Under the pieces are notes generated by a model that saw only the letters and a list, made by a program, of their open reading frames with translations, ran no database searches and was not told the DNA's origin. Source: Escherichia phage alia. Taken from it: a DNA stretch of 64,000 bases. The DNA lies in the sequence record NC_052655.1, one strand, 5' to 3'. Each line of letters begins with the position of its first letter. Positions within the stretch are counted from its first letter, which is position 1. The position numbers and the translations under genes were made by a program. Shown one piece after another: positions 17,337 to 25,940 of this stretch.

Positions 17337-17358
17337 AAATCAAAGAAAGGTTATCATT

Positions 17359-17586
17359 ATGGCTATCGTTATTGTTCGCGTATCCGGTACGGTTGGGATC
17401 TCCCAGGTAGTAGCAGTTATCACCGAGAAGAAAGGAGATGATCTTCACTCCTCCTTGAATAGCTGGGCGGTCGCTAACTTTGGGCAATGGTCGAGCGTTG
17501 AGTACATCGAATCCTACCAGGTGCCAACGATTAGCCTAACCGATCTAAATGTTGATCGCTTGTTGTGCCTGGATCAATTAAACTAA
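17359..17586 (+). CDS. hypothetical early protein
   Basis: Track ORF 75 aa. Confidence 0.55.
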   Translation: MAIVIVRVSGTVGISQVVAVITEKKGDDLHSSLNSWAVANFGQWSSVEYIESYQVPTISLTDLNVDRLLCLDQLN

Positions 17587-17594
17587 AAATAATA

Positions 17595-17652
17595 TTGACA
17601 AGATAACTAAAATCAGTAAAATGTAATGCATAGGGCGGCAATAGTGCCGCTC
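17595..17652 (+). promoter_or_regulatory. sigma70-type promoter with 5-prime GC hairpin
   Basis: TTGACA-16-TAAAAT then GCGGCA-ATAG-TGCCGC. Confidence 0.5.
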
Positions 17653-17673
17653 CTAGTGAGAGAGATTATCAAG

Positions 17674-17889
17674 ATGGCTAATATCCGCACACTGTTAAAA
17701 AATGCAAGTCAAGTTTTATTTTCAGATGACGAGTATTTCAACAAAGACATTACAGGCGTGAAAAATTTAAAAGACGTGAAGGATGTTATCGGTATCCGTG
17801 GATCTTTACGTAAAGGTGACATATACGGTAACAAGGTGCAATATAAACTGTCAAAAGATTATGATTTTACTTTGACATTTATTTCATAA
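17674..17889 (+). CDS. hypothetical early protein
   Basis: Track ORF trimmed to Met17 downstream of hairpin. Confidence 0.5.
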   Translation: MANIRTLLKNASQVLFSDDEYFNKDITGVKNLKDVKDVIGIRGSLRKGDIYGNKVQYKLSKDYDFTLTFIS

Positions 17890-17895
17890 AACCGC

Positions 17896-17956
17896 TTGCA
17901 ATACTGCAAAAATAAAGTAAACTGTATTCATCAAGGCGGTGGAATAGCCCACCGCC
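17896..17956 (+). promoter_or_regulatory. sigma70-type promoter with 5-prime GC hairpin
   Basis: TTGCAA-16-TAAACT then GGCGGTGG-AATAG-CCCACCGCC. Confidence 0.45.
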
Positions 17957-17979
17957 TAACAAAGAGAAGAGGAAACATC

Positions 17980-18150
17980 ATGATCACTTTCGCTACCCGT
18001 GAAGCCGCTCGCAACGTTGCACGTAAAGTTAACGCCGCCAACCTGGGCGCTACGCTTAAAGCCCCGGTAAAAGATGAATCAGGTAAATGGATCTTCCCTG
18101 GTCTGCGTCACGCTGATAAGCTGGGAACGTTAACGCTAAAAAATAAATAA
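17980..18150 (+). CDS. hypothetical small protein (56 aa)
   Basis: Track ORF trimmed to Met29 with GAGAAGAGGAAA RBS. Confidence 0.45.
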   Translation: MITFATREAARNVARKVNAANLGATLKAPVKDESGKWIFPGLRHADKLGTLTLKNK

Positions 18151-18157
18151 AATCCGC

Positions 18158-18216
18158 TTGACAGTAGCATCATTTATAAGTAAAGTAACAACAACGGCGG
18201 GAAATGGTTTCCCGCC
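18158..18216 (+). promoter_or_regulatory. sigma70-type promoter with 5-prime GC hairpin
   Basis: TTGACA-17-TAAAGT then GGCGGGAAA-TGG-TTTCCCGCC. Confidence 0.5.
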
Positions 18217-18236
18217 ATCAATAAAGAGATAAGATC

Positions 18237-18596
18237 ATGAAATCAGTAAAAGCAATTAAAACTTACATTGTGTCGGCTATTTCTTTTGATGGTACTACAA
18301 CCGAAAAAGAAAAGATCACCGAACTGATGCGCCGTTTTAACTCTGAATACTGGTATCCCGATAATCAAAAACGTTACAATTATAACGTGATCAAGGCGAT
18401 AGCCTCATGGTTACAAGGTTTACCGTCAGAAATCAATATTGCTTTTGATTATAACGAGATCGATCACTTGTTAATTGAATGGAAGTACATAAAAGAAACA
18501 AGCAAAGAAACAACCGTTACCCGTGAGCGGGAAAATTATTGGTTATATATTGCAAGCATGATCGTAATCCTGGCAAAACAGCATAACGTGGCGTAA
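18237..18596 (+). CDS. hypothetical early protein
   Basis: Track ORF 119 aa. Confidence 0.55.
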   Translation: MKSVKAIKTYIVSAISFDGTTTEKEKITELMRRFNSEYWYPDNQKRYNYNVIKAIASWLQGLPSEINIAFDYNEIDHLLIEWKYIKETSKETTVTRERENYWLYIASMIVILAKQHNVA

Positions 18597-18611
18597 TTAA
18601 GAGGAAGAAAC

Positions 18612-18749
18612 ATGAACGCATCACAGCAGATCGAAAAATTCAACCGCAGCAAGGCGCGTAAAGATTGGAACGAAGAGATCACCAAAAAAGGCGACAAGCG
18701 GAACAAAACAAAGAGAGATCGCAGCACAAAAAGATACTGGAACGAATAA
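18612..18749 (+). CDS. hypothetical small basic protein (45 aa)
   Basis: Hand-called ORF MNASQQIEKFNRSKARKDW.. with GAGGAAGAAA RBS; terminator follows. Confidence 0.4.
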   Translation: MNASQQIEKFNRSKARKDWNEEITKKGDKRNKTKRDRSTKRYWNE

Positions 18750-18754
18750 CAAAA

Positions 18755-18779
18755 AAGGGCGCAATAAGCGCCCTTTTAG
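18755..18779 (+). terminator. rho-independent terminator
   Basis: AAGGGCGC-AATA-AGCGCCCTT then TTT. Confidence 0.6.
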
Positions 18780-18867
18780 CTTATATAGAGGCTTGTTACC
18801 CATAGGCAATGGTAACGCCAGGATAAGCCTATAAACCACGTTAGACAGCTTTACAGGAGCTTTAAAA

Positions 18868-19050
18868 ATGAAATTAGAAGAAATAAGCAAGGCACTAGCC
18901 CAGGGGCAAAGGTTAAACGCCCGTTATCGTGATCAATATGGCTTCATAACCAGCGGCGTGATCCTGGGGATTGAAGGCAATAAGATTTTTATTGACACGT
19001 TGAAAAACGTTGTATATAGTGACAATATAATCTCAATAAAACATATATGA
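18868..19050 (+). CDS. hypothetical small protein
   Basis: Track ORF 60 aa. Confidence 0.45.
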   Translation: MKLEEISKALAQGQRLNARYRDQYGFITSGVILGIEGNKIFIDTLKNVVYSDNIISIKHI

Positions 19051-19058
19051 GGCAAGAA

Positions 19059-19460
19059 ATGAAAAAATTATTGATCGCTGGTTTAATCTCTTTTGGCATG
19101 GTTGGAACATCTAGCGCGGCGATATCCTCCACAGTAGCAGAATTAAGCGCCGTTGATGCAATGGAAAACGTCATGCTTATTAATAATGCGATCCCCGATG
19201 AAATCATGGAGGATTCACACATGATCGCTTATGGTGCTGTTACACAACTAACGGCAAAAATAGATAAATCTATTGCTAATGGCTTAAATGAAGATGTACC
19301 ATGTGAAATTATTACCAGTGTGCTAACGACTCAAAATTTTACGCCGTGGTTAAAAAGTATTCAAAAGGTACACAGCACCGCCGCAGATCGTAGCAATGAA
19401 AAACTGGTGTCAGCACTTGCAACGTATACCCTAGCAAAATGCACCGAAATAAAAGATTGA
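19059..19460 (+). CDS. hypothetical secreted protein (signal peptide)
   Basis: Track ORF trimmed to Met5; MKKLLIAGLISFGMVGTSSAA signal-like N-terminus. Confidence 0.55.
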   Translation: MKKLLIAGLISFGMVGTSSAAISSTVAELSAVDAMENVMLINNAIPDEIMEDSHMIAYGAVTQLTAKIDKSIANGLNEDVPCEIITSVLTTQNFTPWLKSIQKVHSTAADRSNEKLVSALATYTLAKCTEIKD

Positions 19461-19507
19461 CAACATAGAAAGCACGTTATAAGATACACACAACAAAGGA
19501 GAACTAC

Positions 19508-19810
19508 ATGAACGGCATAGCTAAAACGTTTTTTCTTTTTTCTGGTGTAAATAATCCATCAATAAAAGTCGATAGTGTAAAAGAAAACAATACTATCACC
19601 GCTAAATTGTTTCAAGATGAAACAAATAACGTGCTAATCATTAATCTTAAAGAAATAACGAAAGGTTATTATACTATTGCTTACCATGCGATCTATCATG
19701 CGGGTACTAGTGAGGAAGTGCAAACAAGCAACAACGAAAGCGCGGCGCTACCTGGTGATCTGGTGCTGGGTGTTATCAGTTTAATTGTCAATGATTTTTT
19801 TAAGGAGTAA
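19508..19810 (+). CDS. hypothetical protein
   Basis: Track ORF 100 aa; AAAGGAGAA RBS. Confidence 0.55.
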   Translation: MNGIAKTFFLFSGVNNPSIKVDSVKENNTITAKLFQDETNNVLIINLKEITKGYYTIAYHAIYHAGTSEEVQTSNNESAALPGDLVLGVISLIVNDFFKE

Positions 19811-19814
19811 AACC

Positions 19815-19910
19815 ATGCCCTATTTACATTTATTTTTCGGGATCTTATTGTCAGGATCTTTTTTCTTCTGTATACTTGTTTCTATTGTAAACCACGTTTT
19901 AAGACATTAA
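19815..19910 (+). CDS. hypothetical membrane micro-protein (31 aa)
   Basis: TAAGGAG RBS; hydrophobic MPYLHLFFGILLSGSFFFCILVSIV. Confidence 0.3.
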   Translation: MPYLHLFFGILLSGSFFFCILVSIVNHVLRH

Positions 19911-19919
19911 GGAAACAGC

Positions 19920-20039
19920 ATGAAAATTATTCCCGTACAATATAGCGTAATAAATCCAGCATACGAGGAAGGAAGGAAAACAAGCATGGCTTTATGTTGT
20001 ATTGCTACTATAGCCATGTTGTTATGCATTGTGTTTTAA
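19920..20039 (+). CDS. hypothetical membrane micro-protein (39 aa)
   Basis: GGAAACAGC upstream; hydrophobic C-terminus MALCCIATIAMLLCIVF. Confidence 0.25.
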   Translation: MKIIPVQYSVINPAYEEGRKTSMALCCIATIAMLLCIVF

Positions 20040-20068
20040 TAGGTTTTATAGTTGTACGCTTTAAAGGC

Positions 20069-20096
20069 TTGACAATTTTTTGTTATGCTTTAAACT
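20069..20096 (+). promoter_or_regulatory. sigma70-type promoter
   Basis: TTGACA-16-TAAACT. Confidence 0.4.
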
Positions 20097-20139
20097 ATAT
20101 CTTGAAAACGGCAAAGGCCGCAAACAAAAGGGTAAAATT

Positions 20140-20463
20140 ATGAAATCTGTGATCGGTGTTTATTTGGATAACTCTGATTTTTTCTATCATCGTGCTCGTT
20201 TCCTTGATGCGATTGAAATGATAGAATCAGGCTTTAAAGAGTATCGCCTTGCACATGATGACCTGGAAGCATTACAGGGCAATAGTGTTTTTACATTGCA
20301 AGCTAAAGCACTATGCAAAAGCCGGATCGACATTGCGAGCAAAAAGATAGAACGCGGCATGTCCTGGTTACGCACCGCAGAAATCAACATGGGGCAATGG
20401 TACGGCGAAAACTTAGAAAATAAACATGCTTTTGTCAATGTAGAAAATATTGAAGATTATTGA
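20140..20463 (+). CDS. hypothetical early protein
   Basis: Track ORF trimmed to Met21. Confidence 0.5.
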   Translation: MKSVIGVYLDNSDFFYHRARFLDAIEMIESGFKEYRLAHDDLEALQGNSVFTLQAKALCKSRIDIASKKIERGMSWLRTAEINMGQWYGENLENKHAFVNVENIEDY

Positions 20464-20526
20464 TTGACAGCACACCTGATAAGGAGTATATTGTATCTCA
20501 TAGAGCGGGGAAATGGTTTCCCCGCC
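20464..20526 (+). promoter_or_regulatory. sigma70-type promoter with 5-prime GC hairpin
   Basis: TTGACA-17-TATATT then GCGGGGAAA-TGG-TTTCCCCGC. Confidence 0.5.
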
Positions 20527-20545
20527 TTAACAGAAGAGATAAGAT

Positions 20546-20830
20546 ATGAAGATCACAAAAGCACTTTCCAACTATGCAGCACGTCGCGGATTATGCTTAT
20601 CCGTTGAAAACTTAGGGAAAGAAGATTTTTTGTGCTTTTGGGAGCTTGAGAATGATAATGAGTGGATCTTCTCTTATTCTATCTGCGAAGATCAAAACGG
20701 TTGTTTATTAACCTGGCGCGGTAATATCTATCTACCGGAAGAAATCAAAGAAGAATTGCCAGGCACGATCATGACTGAGAAACAGCTTAAGGAAGTGATT
20801 AATTTTGTAGGGCAAAACATTAAAAAATAA
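20546..20830 (+). CDS. hypothetical early protein
   Basis: Track ORF 94 aa. Confidence 0.55.
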   Translation: MKITKALSNYAARRGLCLSVENLGKEDFLCFWELENDNEWIFSYSICEDQNGCLLTWRGNIYLPEEIKEELPGTIMTEKQLKEVINFVGQNIKK

Positions 20831-20831
20831 T

Positions 20832-20891
20832 TTGACACTAGGCAAACAACGTAGTAAAGTTTATCACATAGGGCGGGAAATGGTTTCCCGC
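20832..20891 (+). promoter_or_regulatory. sigma70-type promoter with 5-prime GC hairpin
   Basis: TTGACA-17-TAAAGT then GGGCGGGAAA-TGG-TTTCCCGC. Confidence 0.5.
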
Positions 20892-20914
20892 TCACAACAG
20901 AAGAGAAACACATC

Positions 20915-21085
20915 ATGATCCCGACTATGTTTTACGTATCGCGCAAAGGTCACAATATTTTTTGGTCTGAAGATTTAAATGAAGCCATGACGTTTGCCCG
21001 TGATCGTGTTGCTATCGGTGGCGTTAACATTACCGTAACCGATGAAAACGGCATTGAATACTATAACGGCGACGATGAAGAGTAA
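20915..21085 (+). CDS. hypothetical small protein (56 aa)
   Basis: Hand-called ORF MIPTMFYVSRKGHNIFW.. behind promoter-hairpin unit. Confidence 0.4.
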   Translation: MIPTMFYVSRKGHNIFWSEDLNEAMTFARDRVAIGGVNITVTDENGIEYYNGDDEE

Positions 21086-21092
21086 TTAATAA

Positions 21093-21113
21093 GGCGGGGG
21101 AGTATTCCCCGCC
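21093..21113 (+). promoter_or_regulatory. 5-prime GC hairpin without clear -35/-10
   Basis: GGCGGGG-GAGTATT-CCCCGCC 20 nt upstream of the 21133 start. Confidence 0.35.
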
Positions 21114-21132
21114 GTCAATAAAGAGGTAAATC

Positions 21133-21402
21133 ATGAAAATATCTTTGGACGTTGCAATCAAGGCCATCGAATCCGGTTACACCCTGGTAAAAGATGATAA
21201 GGCTAAAACCGTGCACCACGTTAACAAGGAAACAGGCGAAAGCATGATCACATATAAAGCCGCCTACTTTCTCCAATCAGTAGCAGATCCGCGCGTACAA
21301 CGCCAGGTTACAGCGGCTATTGCTAAAAAATTATGTGCTTTACAGGGCACAAGTTTTAACGAGATCGCCCCGTGTTTTGACTGGTCGAGCTTGAAAAAAT
21401 AG
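21133..21402 (+). CDS. hypothetical early protein
   Basis: Track ORF 89 aa; AAAGAGG RBS. Confidence 0.55.
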   Translation: MKISLDVAIKAIESGYTLVKDDKAKTVHHVNKETGESMITYKAAYFLQSVADPRVQRQVTAAIAKKLCALQGTSFNEIAPCFDWSSLKK

Positions 21403-21403
21403 T

Positions 21404-21461
21404 TTGACAACAATTATAAATCGGGTAGAATGTATTTCGTAGGGCGGCAATAGTGCCGCTC
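21404..21461 (+). promoter_or_regulatory. sigma70-type promoter with 5-prime GC hairpin
   Basis: TTGACA-16-TAGAAT then GCGGCA-ATAG-TGCCGC. Confidence 0.5.
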
Positions 21462-21482
21462 ACAACTAAAAGAGAAATCAGC

Positions 21483-21677
21483 ATGGCGCTTAAAAAACTA
21501 ACAAGCAATACTCGTTGGGATGAAATCGACGGAGAAGTTTACATTTTCGCCCGTAAACCAGGTGATCAAAAATGGTCAAAGGCTTTTACTTGCCACCCTG
21601 CAACAATAGATCTAATAAAAAGTAAAGGTTTACGTGAAGCAGTAGCGAGAAGTTTACTGATCCCTTATAAAAAATAG
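21483..21677 (+). CDS. hypothetical early protein
   Basis: Track ORF trimmed to Met11. Confidence 0.5.
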   Translation: MALKKLTSNTRWDEIDGEVYIFARKPGDQKWSKAFTCHPATIDLIKSKGLREAVARSLLIPYKK

Positions 21678-21678
21678 T

Positions 21679-21740
21679 TTGACAATATGCTGTTATCTGG
21701 TAAAGTGTACGACATAGGGCGGGGCAATAAGGCAACGCCC
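21679..21740 (+). promoter_or_regulatory. sigma70-type promoter with 5-prime GC hairpin
   Basis: TTGACA-16-TAAAGT then GGGCG..CGCCC stem. Confidence 0.45.
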
Positions 21741-21758
21741 ATTAATGAGGGTAGAATC

Positions 21759-21863
21759 ATGTTAGAGAAAATTTTCACGGTTGTAATAGTGGGCCTGGCG
21801 TTATCGGTTGGATTGGTTGCAACTATGGCTAACATGATCCTATCTTCCCACGGTATTGGATAA
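21759..21863 (+). CDS. hypothetical membrane micro-protein (34 aa)
   Basis: Hydrophobic MLEKIFTVVIVGLALSVGLVATMANMIL; GAGGGTAGAA upstream. Confidence 0.3.
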   Translation: MLEKIFTVVIVGLALSVGLVATMANMILSSHGIG

Positions 21864-21873
21864 GGTGAATCAA

Positions 21874-22089
21874 ATGATCACGAATAAGACAGGTAAAACA
21901 GAATTTTTACGCGGCTTGCAAATAGGTAAACCTGAGATCTGGCATTGCACTAAATCCGCGCATAATGAAATGAAAGATTTTACCGCTACTTTACAACGTG
22001 TTAAAATATCTATCACACAGAAAAAAGCCTTGTTAGTAGTAGAAAACGAGATCCCGCAAACCATTATTATTGTCGAGCGTACAGCATGA
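21874..22089 (+). CDS. hypothetical protein
   Basis: Track ORF trimmed to first ATG with AAGGTG RBS. Confidence 0.5.
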   Translation: MITNKTGKTEFLRGLQIGKPEIWHCTKSAHNEMKDFTATLQRVKISITQKKALLVVENEIPQTIIIVERTA

Positions 22090-22472
22090 AAACTGAAATC
22101 ATTAACGAAATGATCAACGGCTATAAAGAAGCCTTTATTTTTGCCGAACCAGCGACGGATCACAATGGGGAATATATTGAGAATCTAGACGATTATGATT
22201 TTTCTCCTAGCGCCCTGAAACGTATTACCAGCGATGTGACCGCCTTTTGTAGTGCCAATGTTGCCGCTATCTCTGAGGCAATGAGCGACGGCGCAACAGC
22301 AAACCAGATCGGGAATGACTTACATTTCACCCGTAACGGTCACGGCGTAGGCTTTTGGGATCGCCCTGAAATATACACTACTAACACCGCCAACCGCCTA
22401 ACAAATGCAGCTAAATTAATGCCATCGGTGCATGCTTACATTGGTGAAGATAATTTGATTTATATTGAATAA
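22086..22472 (+). CDS. hypothetical protein
   Basis: Track ORF 128 aa; ATGA overlap with upstream gene. Confidence 0.55.
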   Translation: MKTEIINEMINGYKEAFIFAEPATDHNGEYIENLDDYDFSPSALKRITSDVTAFCSANVAAISEAMSDGATANQIGNDLHFTRNGHGVGFWDRPEIYTTNTANRLTNAAKLMPSVHAYIGEDNLIYIE

Positions 22473-22478
22473 AAAGTA

Positions 22479-22537
22479 TTGACACCGATCCCCAATATGG
22501 TATTATTTACCACGTAGGCGGGAAATGGTTTCCCGCC
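22479..22537 (+). promoter_or_regulatory. sigma70-type promoter with 5-prime GC hairpin
   Basis: TTGACA-16-TATTAT then GGCGGGAAA-TGG-TTTCCCGCC. Confidence 0.5.
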
Positions 22538-22560
22538 AGGTAATCAAAAAGGTAAATACT

Positions 22561-22950
22561 ATGCGCAACCTGGTTTCTGTTTCTAACGTTGAAAAATTCC
22601 AATCTTTACAGGGTATCGTTAACAACGTAGCGCCTTTTTTAGTAAACGGCTTGATTGCAAAGATGAAAAATAAACATCATGCGGCATGGTCTGCTTATTG
22701 CTTTGATAATGATGAAAAAGCGGCTGAAATGATGTTAGATATGCTGTTAGATAGTGTAGAAACATCTTTACCGGAAAACATCGCAGAAGAGATCACCTAT
22801 CGTTATAATATGGCGATCACTTACCAGGAGGTTGCGCAATTCAACATGATGGATGATGACGAACAACAGGATCAAGAAATGTTTTGGGAGTATGCAGATC
22901 GTCAATCGGCTTTTGATGAAAAGTTAGCGATGTATTATAACGAATATTAA
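22561..22950 (+). CDS. hypothetical early protein
   Basis: Track ORF trimmed to Met13; terminator follows. Confidence 0.5.
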   Translation: MRNLVSVSNVEKFQSLQGIVNNVAPFLVNGLIAKMKNKHHAAWSAYCFDNDEKAAEMMLDMLLDSVETSLPENIAEEITYRYNMAITYQEVAQFNMMDDDEQQDQEMFWEYADRQSAFDEKLAMYYNEY

Positions 22951-22963
22951 TACACGGTAAAAG

Positions 22964-22990
22964 AAAGGGGCGCACTAAGCGCCCTTTTTT
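22964..22990 (+). terminator. rho-independent terminator
   Basis: AAAGGGGCGC-ACTA-AGCGCCCTT then TTTTTT. Confidence 0.65.
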
Positions 22991-23088
22991 GTATTCTTTT
23001 TTCACGATGGAAACAACACGTAAAGAATAGGCGTAAAGGTGGCGTAAAACAGTCTAAAACCGATTATAACCGCTTAAACAAGGTAACA

Positions 23089-23241
23089 ATGACTAATCAC
23101 CTTGCCAGGATGAAAAAGCTGTTAGAAAGCTGTTTAGAGCGTTTAAAGCACATAGGAAATAACTTGCTTTTTATCTTGCCTTTTATCCTGCTTTTGATTA
23201 TTATTATGGAACGGGCGGCACCTGGGGACAGGGGAAGATAA
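23089..23241 (+). CDS. hypothetical small membrane protein (50 aa)
   Basis: Hand-called ORF MTNHLARMKKLLESCLERLKHIGNNLLFILPFILLLIIIM..; AAGGT RBS. Confidence 0.3.
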   Translation: MTNHLARMKKLLESCLERLKHIGNNLLFILPFILLLIIIMERAAPGDRGR

Positions 23242-23335
23242 TCACCGGAAGATCTTATCATATATTGATAGCTTCCCCCTATCAAACAACAAAACATTAA
23301 AGAGATAAACTATCAAATCTTTACAATCCTACCTA

Positions 23336-23364
23336 TTGACCGATAAATCACAACAGTTTAATAT
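23336..23364 (+). promoter_or_regulatory. sigma70-type promoter
   Basis: TTGACC-17-TAATAT. Confidence 0.4.
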
Positions 23365-23412
23365 TGTTTTTAGAGGTTAGAATATTCCCCAAACGAAAAC
23401 AGGAAAAAGAAA

Positions 23413-23649
23413 ATGAAAGAAGTCATGATCCTCAAAAAATCACCTATTTTACGTGGCGGTTTTATCGCTTACTCTGATGATCTGTTAATTGCAACAGTTG
23501 CAAAAATACTAAAATCAGAAGAGGATAGTAAAAACGGCGTTTATCGTATCTGTTTCACCCGTGGAAAATTACAAGGCAAGATCGCCTATGCCTTTGATTT
23601 ACAAGATGTAAATGATAAAATCTGCGCTGTTATTGATTATGCAAAATAA
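23413..23649 (+). CDS. hypothetical early protein
   Basis: Track ORF 78 aa; AGGAAAAAGAAA RBS. Confidence 0.55.
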   Translation: MKEVMILKKSPILRGGFIAYSDDLLIATVAKILKSEEDSKNGVYRICFTRGKLQGKIAYAFDLQDVNDKICAVIDYAK

Positions 23650-23661
23650 TTAACTTTCTTA

Positions 23662-23690
23662 TTGACACCGGATCACGCTTACATTATTAT
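23662..23690 (+). promoter_or_regulatory. sigma70-type promoter
   Basis: TTGACA-17-TATTAT. Confidence 0.45.
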
Positions 23691-23736
23691 TTATCACGTA
23701 GGGCAAATCATTTTAAACGGTAAACGAGGAAACACC

Positions 23737-24120
23737 ATGAGCAATATCATCAACCTGGCGGCTACTGTAAACGGTAAAGATTTTAACGGCGCTGTAGATC
23801 GTGATCCTATGTGGTGCTTATCAGTGTTTAAAGGCGATCTGGTTGAAGTTAGAACAACCGAAGGGTATAGCGATGATTATAAATGCGAGATCCATTTACA
23901 TAACTGGTACACGGGTAAAACTTATGCGCTGAATCATGCGTTTATCGGGAAAATTGAATATCGCGAGATGATCGACGAAGAAACGGGGCAAGATTTTAGC
24001 GAGCATGTTTATATTCGTTCAGAAACATTAGCCGAACGTTTGATCGAGAAAATGAAAGCAAAAAATAAAATTAATTTATCTCATTGGATTGATATAACAA
24101 ACGATCCGGCTTATCAGTAA
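23737..24120 (+). CDS. hypothetical early protein
   Basis: Track ORF trimmed to Met26 with GAGGAAACACC RBS. Confidence 0.5.
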   Translation: MSNIINLAATVNGKDFNGAVDRDPMWCLSVFKGDLVEVRTTEGYSDDYKCEIHLHNWYTGKTYALNHAFIGKIEYREMIDEETGQDFSEHVYIRSETLAERLIEKMKAKNKINLSHWIDITNDPAYQ

Positions 24121-24133
24121 ATAACATTTCATA

Positions 24134-24163
24134 CAAGGGCGCTTATTGCGCCCTTTCTTTTTA
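24134..24163 (+). terminator. rho-independent terminator
   Basis: AAGGGCGC-TTAT-TGCGCCCTT then TCTTTTT. Confidence 0.65.
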
Positions 24164-24366
24164 CCTAAATAAAGATGATAGCTTTTACCTATCAAAAACG
24201 TTCACCGAAAAAAGTGAATAGATCGCGGTATCGAGCTAATCAAGGAGCAGATGAACAACCATACCATGAAGATCATAAGGCGCTTACAGCGTGTTTTAGA
24301 CCGCTTATTTTTAATTTCTTCATGTAACTATCTGGCAAAAACAGCCTTTTTCTTGTCTTTCCTCTT

Positions 24367-24443
24367 AAATGATAATCATTCTTATTTATAGCTGATTATT
24401 TATGCAATAAACTGCATAATGCAATAATGATAATCATTCTTAA
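24367..24443. promoter_or_regulatory. two Fur-box-like sites
   Basis: AAATGATAATCATTCTTAT and AATAATGATAATCATTCTTA; 14-15 of 19 to GATAATGATAATCATTATC. Confidence 0.4.
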
Positions 24444-25281
24444 CTTAAGACCATCTAACTTATAAAATAATAAGTTATCTAACTAAATTAAAGCTAATTA
24501 TCTTACTTTTATTTATAACATACTGTTACTATCTTATTGATAACCTTATATTAAACAACAATAATCAATGTAAATCATTACTAAGCTAACTATAATCTAT
24601 CTAACCCTTAAAACTACAATTATAATCTATCAAATTGTTGCACAAAGTAACTATTAAATTGTTAGTAACATTGCTAAATAATTAATATCCTATCTATTTA
24701 TGATCTAATCTTTACCTCCCTATCTATTACCTAAATAACCATTTCATGTGGTAATCATTTCATACAATAACTATAACAAGAAATATAATTCGCAAGCGTA
24801 TCATTAGCAGCCTATGCCGGACACATAGGCGGCTAATAATAACGCAACTACACACCCCACATAATAACCATCACCGATAGTTATTATTTGTGCTTATGTA
24901 GCTTGCAACAATTGCAAGCGCAACAATATACATGGTATATTGTATCCCTTACATTGTTGCGGTGCGTTATTATTAGCTAATGTTTAGAACATTGGCTATA
25001 ATATAAGCTAAGTAATAAGCTAGTCAATAATAAACATAATGAATAATGACATTAATGATCATAATGCGCCACCCTCCAGGGGGCGCTATGTGAACACAAA
25101 GAAATCATTCTTGTCAAGAAAAATATCACCCTATTGCGCAAAATTATTTATATCTGAATAGATGATTTTTCATACTATTGCCCCCTATAACATACCTCAT
25201 TTGTTGAGCCTACTTTCTTAAAAGCGCAATAAAGTAGAATTATCTTGATTTTTAGTCGGTTTTATAGTACAGAAAGTATGC

Positions 25282-25299
25282 AAATGATAATCATTATCA
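25282..25299. promoter_or_regulatory. Fur-box-like site (strongest match)
   Basis: AAATGATAATCATTATCAG: contiguous 16-nt identity to Fur box positions 4-19. Confidence 0.5.
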
Positions 25300-25463
25300 G
25301 CTATCCTCCAGGGTGGCACTATTTCACGCCAGATCATTTCATTTGGCAAGGTGTATATAGATGTTTAGAAATGCCAAGCCATTGATTTACTTAGAATTTA
25401 TCTGTTTTGTTGTGAGTAGTACCTTTCTTGCTTAGAAAATAATCAAAAGTCTTATAAGTCATT

Positions 25464-25497
25464 GAATGATAATGCAAATGATAATTATTCTCATTGA
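25464..25497. promoter_or_regulatory. Fur-box-like tandem site
   Basis: GAATGATAATGCAAATGATAATTATTCTCATT. Confidence 0.4.
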
Positions 25498-25940
25498 TAT
25501 TTGAGGGGGACGGTCGGCAGAAATCGGGGGGCGCTGAAAATCGCGTTAAGCACCTCTCGCAAGCGAGCAGTATTTTGCGGCAAGTTATTGATATTATTGA
25601 CTTTACGCTTATGAAAAGGGGTGTGTCGAAATAAATCGGGTATACCGGAAAATTTTTTGTGGCATAGATATTTATTTGTCTATATTATGTACAAAGGGGT
25701 GTGTTAAAAATAATAGGTATATATAGAATAATTGATAGGGAAATCCTATACTAAATCCTTCATTAATGATGTTCCTATGTTGCTGTTCTTGTAACAGATG
25801 AAAAGACGCTGTATGATGTGTAGCATGAGACGTAAATTTATAAGATGCAAATAATGCTTGCATTGAATAGAAATGTCTGTACACTGTGTTCCATAAGATA
25901 TGCAATATCGCGCATAACAAACTACTAATGAGAGGTGTAA

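Larger units (their letters stand above)
24165..25935. repeat. ~1.8-kb repeat-rich non-coding region
   Basis: No ORF with RBS; short direct repeats (TATAATCTATC, CTATCTATT), palindromes (GCTTGCAACAATTGCAAGC, GCCTATG..CATAGGC), GC-rich CCTCCAGGG.G motifs. Confidence 0.55.

Noticed and set aside
25672-25920. Track ORF 25672-25920 (-) in the non-coding region
   Set aside because: No RBS, no promoter, isolated and opposite to the flanking block; likely chance ORF in AT-rich DNA.
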